Position numbers and translations under genes: made by a program. Below, piece after piece: positions 14,731 to 26,190 of a stretch of DNA of 64,000 bases (the stretch's first letter is position 1; every line of letters starts with the position of its first letter). Under the pieces are notes generated by a model, which was given only the letters and a program-made list of their open reading frames with translations, made no database searches and was not told the origin of the DNA. This stretch comes from Schmidtea nova (Eukaryota): contig CM097883.1 in assembly GCA_044892505.1 (NCBI GenBank), forward strand, positions 351,354,001 to 351,418,000. The letters are read 5' to 3'.

Positions 14731-15529
14731 CACAACATGGGCGGTGCGATTGCCATTCATTCTGCTGTTAAATCTGTGATACCTTCACTAGTCGGATTAG
14801 TTGTAATTAATGTTGTTGAAGGATTACATGACGAAATTACACAAGACGAAATTACACGAGACGAAATTACACGGGATGAAATTACACAAGACGAAATTAC
14901 ACTAAAAAATAGTAAAAAATAAAATTAAAAAAATAGTAATTATAACCCTAATAGACGATTAGAGTTTTTGTGGTCAATAGCTCATATTACTTAACATTAA
15001 ATGTTTGATTTCTATTTTTTTACTTTATCTCTCACTATTCATAAAATTAAGAATTATATTATCATTAAAGAGACAAACTAGTAATTTGAATATATTTATT
15101 AATTAATTATTAAATATTATAATTATTTTTTTATTTAAATTTATATTGATTTTTTTATTTAAATTTTTATTATTTTATTATTTAAAATTTTCAATATATT
15201 TAATGCTAAATTTAATACTTAACTTTTACTAATTTTTTAAAAACTTTTTATTAAAACTTTTTACTAATTTTTTTTAAACTTACTATTTTTTAGTGTAATT
15301 TCGTCTCAGTGTAATTTCATCTTGTGTAATTTCGTCTCAGTGTAATTTCATCTTGTGTAATTTCGTCTCGTGTAATTTCATCTTGTGTAATTTCGTCTCG
15401 TGTAATTTCGTCTTGTGTAATTTCGTCTTGTGTAATTTCGTCCTGACACATGTTGAAGGATCAGCACTCGGCGCATTATACAGTATGAATAATTATCTTC
15501 ACAGCAGACCGTGTGTTTTCAAATCACTA
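14731..15529 (+). pseudogene. PPME1: protein phosphatase methylesterase 1 (PME-1) fragment split by a MITE
   Basis: HNMGGAIAIHSAVKSVIPSLVGLVVINVVEG|SALGALYSMNNYLHSRPCVFKSL aligns with PME-1 GHSMGGAIAVH...DVVEGTAMDALNSMQNFLRGRPKTFKSL. The catalytic Ser position reads Asn. Confidence 0.85.
14824..15450. mobile_element. 627-bp foldback/MULE-type MITE with arrays of ~15-nt subterminal repeats
   Basis: TGTTGAAGGA is duplicated exactly (14814-14823, 15451-15460). Five copies of GACGAAATTACAC(A/G)(A/G) lie on the left and ten inverted copies on the right, around an AT-rich core. Confidence 0.9.
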
Positions 15530-16107
15530 TTTCATCAGCATCCCAACTCTTGGACTATAGACTTAATCGATTCCTTTAAGTGCTCATCAATTGTCTCCTG
15601 ATTTGTATTACAATTTCAACCGTGCGCCACAACCCCACAGTAACTAGAGAAGCTATCAAAACTGATTCTATTTGTGTGTAACATAAATATCCTATTAGTG
15701 ACAATTCAATTGCTGATTTTTAGGAACTGAATTTGTGATTAATTTAGAATTTAATATTTTTAAAAATTATGGGAATGAAATTTTAATTTTGGTAAATGTT
15801 TTTTTTGGAAAATTAGAAAAATTTGATATTTTGATTTAAAGTAGAAAACAAAGTTTTTTAAAGTAGTTGTTTAAAATTGTCATTTGTAATTTAGAGTTTG
15901 TGTAAGAATTTAAAAATGTATTTGTAATTTGGGCTTAATAATTTTAATTTAATTGGGATTTTAAATTTTGATGAGTGGAAAATAAATTGGATGGTTTATG
16001 ATTTATTGGGTTTTTCCATTTCTATCACAATATCAATAGACATAGAGATTTTTTATTCTGGATTTACGGATCTGAAGGAATCATTAATTTAATCAATTAT
16101 TGAGCAA

Positions 16108-16554
16108 TTGGGAAGTGATATTGAAGGGGCAGAATTATTGGATGTTTTGAATAGGTGCAACTATGAGCGTATGAACGAACTAGCTAGTCAATTGTTTGGT
16201 CATATTTCTATCCAGCCTGATAACAAGCAGCAGCTGATTTATGCGTTCCGCCAGGAGGTAAATGATGCTGCTGTTGATAATTGTGAAAGTGAAACAGTTC
16301 CCGTTAATGGGGTAGAGGAGAACATTTGTTTGTCTTCGGATGAGGAGGAAGACATTGGTGGTGATTCCCATTTGTCTTCGTCTGCGTTCTCGTTGGTGTA
16401 CACGGATGATGATAATGATGATGGCGCTGACAGAATCAGGAAGACGCGGATCAGTGACAATCCGGGGAAAGCAGTTATTGGATTGCTGAATGATGATGAT
16501 GATGATGACAATGATTCCGACATCGAAAAAATCAAAAGCGCCTGGCTGGATGAT
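16108..16554 (+). other. acidic ORF fragment of unknown origin at the 3' end of the insert
   Basis: About 150 open codons, higher in GC than the flanks and D/E-rich (SSDEEED, DDDDDDNDSD). No ATG start (TTG) and no family recognised. Confidence 0.4.
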
Positions 16555-19500
16555 ATGATATCAAAAAAGTTATACCTTCAACACAATAGCTGGCAGAATC
16601 ATTCACCACTAAATTTAAGAAATGTGCACTGCAAGGAACAAACAAATCTCTTGGGTTTAAATTAAGAATCCTACTTTGGACACCGCTATGTCGTCCGCGC
16701 ATATTGGAGCCGTTATCATAACTTTGACCTCTCATATTGGCCACTGACAAGTTATTTGACTCGAATACTTCTATAATCTTATCTGTAATTCCATCTCCGG
16801 AACTATTATCAATTTCAATGAAACTTAAGAAATGCTCATGCACCTCAATGTATTTTTCATCACCACTTGGACATACCGCTCGGACAATTAATGACATTTG
16901 CTCAATATGGGAAACATCTGGAGTACAATCAATGATTATTGAATAATATTTATTCAGTTTTATTAAGTTTGTAATATTTTCTTTGACTGCAGAATTTAAC
17001 AACGTAATCATTTCATTTTGAATTCTTTTTGAATTCTGCCCAAGTAATGTACGTGTAATTCTTTATTTTTTATTTGACATACGTGTTCTTTCAAGATTGG
17101 GTCGAATTTGGCTATAAGCTCCACAATTTTTAAGAAATTTCCATTGTTATCTTCATATAACTTATCAGTTGTTCCTCTCAAAGCAAGGTTCTGTGATTAT
17201 TTGTGATTTCAAATAATCTCTCCAATACATTTCGCCAACGTATTGTATTTTCATTCACGAGTTTTTTATTAAATGAGTCAATAGTTTTTCCTTCATTCAA
17301 TCTTCTGACCAAGTCATATTTGGGCCAATATTTTGCGGCCATTTCCCGATATCGGACAAATAGTCTTGGATACTTGGAACAACATCTAAAGAATTATATT
17401 CGGAATTTACCGTTTCCGAATGAGAATTTATGTCAAATGTGTCATCAATGCTATGATCTGATTCGAGATCAGGTTCTGGATTGGAACAATATTCTTCAAC
17501 GTCCAATGATTTCGATGAATTTATCAGATCTGAATCGGTGCAGGTAGACTCTGTCTCAATATGTTGGAGCTCATTTCCCGATTCTGAATCGTCACTTTAA
17601 CGATCAACATTTTCAGATTTAAAAAAAGTAGAAAACTTTTGACATTTTTGTATTTGATTTTCCTGCTCTGCTTTTCTTTTTCTACTTTGGTAGCCACTTA
17701 ATTTTTTTGGAGGCATTATTATGAGTTAAATATAAAGCCTAACAATGTAGAAAAACGAAAGATTAGAACGCTTATATTAAAACAAAGATTTATATCCTAT
17801 TATCTGTCTATAATTTATAGATATTCATTGATATTCATTCATCAATACGCACAACATACCTATTCTTTTTACCGCTGCAACTTCGATTGAATTTTCAAAA
17901 CACTGAACTTTAATTTTAATATCACTGACCACTTACTTTGAAAACTGCAACACTAAATATTATTTTAGAAGTTTAATACTTGTGTAGGTAGTGTTAAAAT
18001 AATATTTATGGTTGCTATGACTACCAACGGTATTTGTGATTAATACGCAGAATATTTTTAAAAATGTAATAATTTACTACTTATTTTAAATAAACGCAAT
18101 TTTTTTATTGCGTACCATAATTTTAATTTACTATTAAGTCTTATAAGCCCTAATATCTTGCGAAGGATTGATTTTATTGTTTTCATATATGGTGCCCCTA
18201 CCAGCCAAGCGACCCAAGCTATGGCCTTACTGGCTCGACTCTAGGGCCGGCCCTATATATATATATATAAAATTTTTAGAAGTACACGAATTTTTTTAAT
18301 TAAACATTATAAAAAAGAAAATTTTTAAATTAAATATAACTATTTCATATTCAAGGTTTATTATTATTTCAAATTTTTAAAAATCAGACGAAATTAAAAT
18401 ATTAAATATATTAAAATCATAAAAATATATTAAGTTGTTCACATTAACTATTTTACTATTACTGATAAAATATTTTTTGAAAAATGCTGTTCGAAAATTT
18501 GTATAAGTAGAGATTCCTAGATCAAGCCCAATATCATAGAGACCTCCCCCATTTTTTGACCAACACAAAGAATTTTCAAAAATCCATTAACCCATTTCAC
18601 ATTTTCTTAATAAATAATGAAAAATTTTTATCTATCTAAAATTGACTAAATAATCTAAATTTACAAAAAGCTAAATTTTTATCTATCTAAAATTGACTAA
18701 ATAATCTAAATTTACAAAAAGCTATTTTACATTCATATCGAAAATGCGACAACAATTTGTAGTTCTGGTATGACACTAGAAAAACGGAAATTATATATAC
18801 TCATTCATTTCTTGACGGTGTACTCAACAGGATTTTATTTGTAATACAGAAATTACCGTGCAAAACAGTGTATAAACGTCATTGTCAACTATAGGGTTAA
18901 AAATCAATAATTGTTGAAATATTTTCAATGTCCGTTTGGTCATAGAATTATATAAAAAATTATCGAATGATTTATTTTTCTTGGATACTGGATATTTTGA
19001 CTTATCTAAAATATACGGGAAGATATTTCTTTTTGAAAATTACTTTTACTTTCCTATAATATTATTATCATTAAAATTCTTCAATATTAAAATAAAATAC
19101 ATGAAATTTTATTTTTTGAACAAACTTTTAAGTGTCTTTGAATTAGTTTATTAATCAGTTTTTGTTTTTCTAGAAATATAAAAAAATTATCGAACTCCAA
19201 AAAGCCCAAACAATTTAATTTTAAACTTAATTTTCAATAACTTTTACTTTTTTTTACACTCATATTATTATTTGCGTAAAATACATACACATTTTAAATT
19301 ATAAATATATGTATAGATATTTACGTAGACTTTTAAACAAATAAGTAGAAAAGAAAGAAATTTTCCTGGTTTTGTTGGAATGTCTTTATTGAGGAAAAGA
19401 TGATAAATCGATTTGCTGTTGATAACTAAAGTGAATGCTGACTCGTTTCCATAGTTTCGAAAAATAGTATTTAAAAGTTAAAATACCTTTAAAAATCACA

Positions 19501-22318
19501 CCAGACGTTTTTTAGTTACCATTTGCTTTGTTAGGTTGAGTTTTGTGGAGGCGATTGCGCGATAAAGGATAGTATGATAGAGAGCTCACATATATATCAC
19601 TTAGCATTATTTTTCCAAGAGAAGATTGCATACTTCTTCTCAAAGGCTTTCCATAAAATTGTACGTTGTTTAATCCTGGGGTGAAGATTAATTAATTATT
19701 TTTTATAAAAAGTTTTTTGGGGTTTAATTTGTAAATTATGAAAAAAATTAATAAATTAAATTAAAAAAAATTTCATTATTAAATTTTGAGATTTCTTATT
19801 TAAATATTTAACAATTAAGATGAATTAAGTCAATGAATATTTTAATTAACATGATTGATAAAATTTTTACCCGTTGGATATATTTTCTACTCGTTTTGCA
19901 ATGTAAATACTAAAATTCCTAATAGCAATAAAAACTGATCATATAATGTAATAAAAATTGTATACCGTCTTATTATCATGAAAACATGAATTATGACATG
20001 AGTTCTATAAGTAAAGCTTATCAATGAAAACCAGTGCATATTTACGATTTGTATGATGAAAACAAAAACTTCTGTTCTTAAACCAATTTCAAGAATAGGA
20101 AAAAGATGATAAAGATTTTCCGAAGTACAAAGAAGCCATTTAAGTTCAATATAATCTTTGTTAAGATTGTAACAAAATTGTATGTGAGAATTAATTCATC
20201 CTATGATAGAGTTCTGTAAGATTATATGAAGTGGTCAGTGAAAGAAAGACGTATGAAAATGAATGAAAATTGACAACAGTTTTCGGTTATTAAACATTTG
20301 AACTTTTTGCTAGTATTCTTAACAAGTCTTATTAACAATTCAAATTGTTATATATGAAATATGGTAATCTTCCGCCGTATTTTGAAGTCACAAATTAACA
20401 ATTGTTTATCTATATTACAATAATCCCTCGTGACTTCTATATTGACCATTTATAAAGAGATAGACGTAATAAATTATTATAGTAGTCGTTTCTTATTTAT
20501 TTGATTTGTGTTTTCCGAAATTTTCTTTCGTGGCAATTGCGCCGTATTGAGATTGCGTCGTTTGGATGGAGTTGCGTTTTATCAGGTACTTCGTCATTTT
20601 TAAAAAAAAAGAGGTATGTGAATCGACAAAGTTTGTGTATTATTCTGTACACGAAAATTTAGATATTCACAGATTTTTAACCAAATTGACCGATAAATTA
20701 TAGCTATAGCCAATTTTATTTTATCAATTAAAATATACGAATTTCTGCTGTGAAAAAAATCTTTCTTTATAGTCTTTTCTTTTAAAGCAGCAACTGCTAC
20801 CTTTCCTTACTGGTTTAAAGGCACACTAAAATTAGGAAATTTTGAAATCTTATTTTTAACCTAGCTAAAATAAATCTAAACAAGGCTTGAGCAATCAGTG
20901 GCTCTAAGCAAAATTTCTTGATGTTAAAAAAATTTTGAAATTGATTTCGATGAACTATGCAGAATAATTGTAATAATAATATAGTACTATTTAAACTCTT
21001 CGTATTTATTAAAATTTTATTTTGTTATAGCCATTATTTTAATAATTTTGAAATTGATTCCATTTTGGTTTGAGTGTTCATAGGCCGGATTTCAACAGTC
21101 AAAAAATAATTCACCAAAATAATTTTTCTCTATTTTAATTAATCCATTAGAATTAATCCAATTCAGAGACATTAATTTCCGGAAATTTTTTTTTACCTGT
21201 TCTCAATACTTCAAATATTTACTTCTATTGCTTGGTTAGGCGATAGTAATTTTTTTTAACAATGAATTTCATAATATTTCTTGCATTTAAACCATATATC
21301 AAAATATTACTTCGTGTGTATAATTTTATCATAAATTTTGTCAACTTTATCATTATAAAATCTCCATAAATACCAAACATAAATTTTTACAAGCTTTTAA
21401 GGTAATTATTATGTTCAAATATTAAATAGTAATATTATATTTGTATGGAATTTTATGTAACTTTATATAAAGGGTAATTGTAATGTTTTGTTGATGAGAA
21501 GGTTTGTAGAACCCAACAGAGTCTCCTGTACAAATAACTGTGTCGGGACTGTTGGGGTGATTGCTATATAAATGGGTGAGTGTGTGCGTGCTTATGTTAT
21601 TATGCAGAAGTAACAAATAAATTATTAATAATAACCAATTTCATTAACTTTAAATAACCAATAAAATTTAACGTGTATCACGTATTCACAAAGGTTTTAA
21701 GCCTAAATATTTTGTTCTTCTAAAAATTATTTTCTTTGTCGTTTTTATCCAATCTTTTAAATTTCCATCCATTTCTTATAATTTTATTGTTTGGCAATTT
21801 GAGCCAGTCGTTATTTTTTTTAAACTTAATTTAAAATTAATTTCCCTATGATACAAATTATTATTTACAATATAAAAAGAATTAACAATCATAACTACGA
21901 TGGGGGGTCAATTTCCAAAAATCGAAGACAACTCAAACACAATCATCACAATAAAATAATTAAATAGTGATTTTTATCAAGCACAACAGTAATATTCGTC
22001 GATAAGAGATTTACTAGCCCAATTGCCAAAATTATGATCGTCAAAATATGATTTAAAGTGAATTTTTCCAGGATTAAAAGACATTTGTCAAGGTTTAAAT
22101 TTTTTAGAATAACTTGAAAATTATTCCAATTAAATATTTATTTTTAAATTTTACACTAAACCTAATTTAAATTATTATTTAAAAAACAAAATTAATAAAA
22201 GACAAATCAAATTTTAATTAATATTATTAGGATTTTCATCCTTTAAAACATTAGAATCAGTTTTACAACAATTTGAATTCATAACTTTTATTTCAGAAAA
22301 ATATAATTATCAAAATAA

Positions 22319-22860
22319 TGTTGGGCCAGGCAAATCAGCAATCATCTAAAATAAAAATAGAATCAATAAAATCAATAACATAAAAACAACAACAAAATAA
22401 ATTACTATCACTAAGTATTCAGCAATAAGCGGCAGAATCTAAAAGTAATAAAGCATAAATCAAAATAGACAATAACAATAAGAACTCACCCGGAATACCA
22501 ATAATTTGAAAATCTGACAAGGCGTGGGCGGATATCACCGAGAATCTAAAATAAAGCAAATAATAACAAAAGATTCACGCATGATTAAACAAACAACTTA
22601 CCGAATTAAATACACAGAGAAATCAGCGAGCATAAAAGATTGGCAATAAATGCACACATGCTCGATTCTGATTGGCTGGCCAGCAACATCATATAGTATA
22701 AATACTGAGGCAAAATCAGTATAAGGGTCACTTTTTATCAGAGTCAAATTTGAACTGTTATTAAACAGAATTGAACTCAGAATAACCTGTAATTGTGAAG
22801 CCAATAAAAGGTACGTAAGTAGATCGTTATTTTTTCTATTAAACCCTCATGCTAAAATCA
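22319..22860 (+). mobile_element. candidate solo LTR
   Basis: TG...CA ends with ATAA on both flanks. An inverted CCAAT (GATTGG) precedes TATAAATA (~22697), followed by AATAAA (22803). A 4-bp AT-rich TSD is weak evidence. Confidence 0.4.
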
Positions 22861-23136
22861 ATAAGTTTTGTCCCGAAGATCTAACGATCTGATGATTTGT
22901 GTTATGTTTAATACACGTTATAAACATCTCTGTTGTTTGAATCTATCTGTGAAAGTGTGAGTGCTGTAGGAGTGACGAGAATACCGTACTAGCTAGTGTC
23001 TACGTGATAAGGGTAGGGGTATCAATGGCAGTTGAGATTGACGTATTTGCTGCGCTGAGACGTCACGGTGGTTGATTCTTCAGATACGGGTGTTTCATTG
23101 CCTGAATGTAAATAAAAACTATTAAATATTTAAATA

Positions 23137-23730
23137 TTATACTTTTTCAGAAACATAAAATTTATATATATTTCCATTAAATTTGTGTATTTTGACTCTC
23201 CTCCTTATAGCTTCCATGATCGAGCTAGTGATGGTTTCAGGATAGAATAAATCCAAGTCATTGATGCAAAAAACTCGAGGAATGCCTTTTGGAATTGTTG
23301 CAACGCCATATTTGATGTTAATTGCATTCTCATATGCGCAGTCCACTAAGCACAGAAATTCATCTACGTGTGCGTTGTTGAAATAGAGGTCGTCAAACAC
23401 CAAGCCATCACACAAATCGATATTAGATGAGATTTTATTCAGACTCTGTATATGCTTTACATGCACCGGGTGTTTAAAGTGCGAGAGCGCAAAATTAGTT
23501 TTGCCTATACCACTCTCTCCAAAGAATATGTGTGACTTCCAATCAAACACATTTATATGATCTATAACAAATCCAGAGCCAAAATTCGGTAATGTTTCCT
23601 CTCCAAAAGCATTAATCAAACTTTCTACTATACTCTTTCTCTTAGTTAAGTAATGAAACGATTCAGAAGACTTTATAATATTTATTACTTCATTCAAAGT
23701 TTTAGCATCGAGTGCTTGTTTAAAATTGCA
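23137..23730 (-). other. rep: endogenous CRESS-DNA virus Rep fragment (oligomerisation region plus SF3 helicase)
   Basis: Open frame KQALDAKTLNEVINIIK... with Walker A GESGIGKT, Walker B LVFDD, NIKYG, motif C FCIN and arginine finger AIRRR. The HUH endonuclease domain is absent. Confidence 0.85.
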
Positions 23731-23829
23731 TCTTTAACAATATCACAATTATATTTACTAGGCTCTCCTATCTTCAGTTGGATTCCGTTGGCGACTCTGG
23801 ACTCTGGCTTGCAACAGTATTAATTTTTC

Positions 23830-25600
23830 ATTAAGTTTTTCCACATTTCTTTCGATTATTTTACCATTTTCATTTCTTAAGATGTATCGTCTATCATGCA
23901 CTTTCTCGTTCACTTTGTATGGACCTTCATATCTGTCCTGGCTTTTGTTGCGTGTTTCTAATTTTACTAACACTTCTCGTACAGTGATTTTTCTCCTTGT
24001 TTGTTCTTCTAGTTCTTCCTTTACCGGTATTTCTTTGGACCCGTACCATTTTTCCCTGCTAATCTTTTTTCCAAAAAACTATCTCTGCCGGGCTTTTCCC
24101 TGTTGTTTTTTGTTTGGTTGCATTTAATGTGAATTCGACTTCTGGTAATATCTCTGCCCAATCCGTCTTCCTTCTATCCTGTAGAGTAGCATTTATCAGC
24201 TCCCGTATTGTCCCGTATTGTCTTTCTATCTGACCGTTTGTTTGGTGATGGTATGGACTCGAAAAACATAATTTAATATCTAGCATCTTTGTAAAATCTC
24301 TCATCATTCCTGATTCAAACGCCTTTCCACAATCAACTCTTATCTCCTTTGGGCATCCAAATCTTAAAATCCACTTTTCTAAAATCGTTTTCTTTATTGT
24401 TTCCTCGTCTTGTTTTGTTATCGCTGTCAAAACTTGATACTTACTATGCTGGTCTATTATACCCAATATATACTTCTTACGTCCTTTTGTTTCTTTTAAC
24501 GGTCCACATATATCCACGAATATAATTTCGAACATTTCATTTGATTCTTGTTTATTTACTGGTTCTTTCGTTGTTATTGTTATAGCTTTGGTTTTTTGAC
24601 AAATCTCACAACTTCGAACAATTTCCTGAATCTGACTCCACAGGTGTTTTCCAACATATCTATCTTTCATATATTCGGCGATCTTCTTGACTCCCGCATG
24701 ACACAATAGTCTATGTATTTCCTTTATTGTTTCTCGTAACTCATTTTCAGGTATCATCGTTTTCTTTCGTACTTCTTCTTCTACAATTCCATGTTGGTTG
24801 TTGCTTCTCCCTTCTTCTCTGATCGAGTCTAGTAATCTGGTTTTTATCTTTCCTTTCTTAGCTTCTTCGTGGGCCATTTGACACTGAACACACATGTCAC
24901 ATTTAGTTCTCGACACCATGTCTGCATTTTGGTGATTAATACCCTTTCTGTATTCTACGCTTATATATAAACTGCTTAAATAATTGATCCATGTTTGGAA
25001 TTGTGTAGTAATCGGCTTCTTGGTTGTCATCATAAACGTGATTGCCTTGTGATCTGTCCTGAGCGTGAATCTTCTTCCGTAGAGATAGTGCTTAAAATGA
25101 ATGCAAAAATAATATACCGCCAATAGTTCCTTTCTTGTAATACAATATCCTTTCTCATGGCTCGTCATCGAGTGTGATCCATACGCAATTACTCTTTCCT
25201 TTCCATCTTTATCTCTTTGTGAAAGTAATGATCCGATGGTATCAAAACTAGCGTCAGTATCTAAAATGAACTCCTTTTCCAGATCCGGAAAACATAAGAT
25301 CGGCGCCGTCGTGAGTGCTAATTTCAATCCTTTCAAACACGCTATTCGTTCCTTCAGTCCATTCTAATTTTTTGTTACTTGGTCCGCTACATAATTGTTC
25401 TAACATCCTTGCCTTCTTTGCATACTCACTGATGAATCTTCTATAATAATAGCAAATACCTAAAAAGCTTAGGAGTTTCTTTACGCAATTTGGCTTCCCA
25501 AAGTTTTGTTTGGCCTGAATCTTAGATGGATCTGTCTGTACTCCTTCCTTGCTGATTATGTGTCCTAAGAATCTGATTTCTTTCTTTATTCTTTTGTCGA
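23830..25600 (-). mobile_element. Ty3/Gypsy pol fragment (end of RT, RNase H, integrase)
   Basis: FLGHIIS, LTTAPIL.FPD, ILDTDAS, ELLAV, LRTDHKA, H.LLCHAG...C.IC, FVDICGP, VDCGKAF, YHHQTNGQIER and RYEGPY. Few frameshifts; 5' part missing. Confidence 0.95.
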
Positions 25601-26190
25601 GAATATCCAAGTAAAGAATACTTCAAATCTTTGGCTAAGGTCAGAATAAAGCGCCGTTAAGTGTTGACAATAAGCAAATAAATCTTCATCTTTTTTTTGC
25701 AATTTTGAAAGATTTTGAAATTCAGAACATTCTCCTCTTCCCAAGTTTTGTTTGTATAGCAAAAGCTTTGCAACAAAGGCAGATATTACACTTTTAGTTT
25801 TGATTAAATTTAATGTGTCAACTTCTAGTTTCAAATTAGTCTCGTTAAATCTGGCAAATAGATCAGTCATATAAGCGATGCCATTTTTTGAGATAATTAA
25901 ATTGTGCCACAAATTATTGTCTTTACTCTCCAGGAATTCCAACACTGAATCAAAGAGCGAATAGAAGCGATCCAAACATACACTTTTAGATAACCAACGT
26001 ACTTCTGTGTTAAGTAGTAAACGATTAAAGTAATCATTATTTTCCAAAAAAAGTTGAGCAAATAATCTCTCATTTAAGGCATTCCTTTTTATTTTATTAA
26101 CTGCTCTAATGATATAATGTAGTGATTCATGCAAACGTTCACTAAGGTTTTTGCGACCAAATGATGTCGATGAATGACACAATTCTAGAA

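Larger units (their letters stand above)
14562..16554 (+). mobile_element. TSD-flanked composite insert carrying an SL-gene-like head, a PME-1 fragment, a MITE and an acidic ORF
   Basis: The hAT reading frame GITFFDII|QHLYVFFSSSTQRW is split here. ATGATATC is duplicated at 14554-14561 and 16555-16562. No clear TIRs, LTRs or poly(A) tail. Confidence 0.75.
13821..18255 (-). mobile_element. hAT DNA transposon (Ac/ZMYM1-like transposase), interrupted by a 2-kb insert
   Basis: Ends are CAGGGCCGGCCC and GGGCCGGCCCTA with TATATATA on both flanks. The transposase pseudogene runs from ATG 17716 (MPPKKLSG) through IIDCTPDVSH, GQSYDNGSNMRG, VPCSAHFLNLVV and LKSLSEIRWAS to ~13990. Confidence 0.92.

Noticed and set aside
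14824-15450. Regular repeat arrays (also 28200-28740 and 46584-46790) as possible CRISPR arrays
   Set aside because: The context is eukaryotic, there are no unique spacers of constant length, and there are no cas genes.
15495-15545. Minus-strand CTGATGA...GAAA
   Set aside because: Stem II has only 2-3 bp, stems I and III cannot form, and it overlaps PME-1 coding sequence.
12610-18570. ACACAAAG (the phenuivirus terminal octamer) at 12610 and 18563
   Set aside because: Both lie inside a dispersed repeat about 40 kb from the L fragment, with no complementary terminus or viral ORF. Coincidence is likely.
22889-22930. CTGATGA followed by a weak stem
   Set aside because: No GAAA follows the stem, so it is not a hammerhead.
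22860-23136. Search for a CRESS origin (nonanucleotide in a stem-loop) beside the Rep fragment
   Set aside because: No TAGTATTAC/TAATATTAC-type loop in a hairpin was found.
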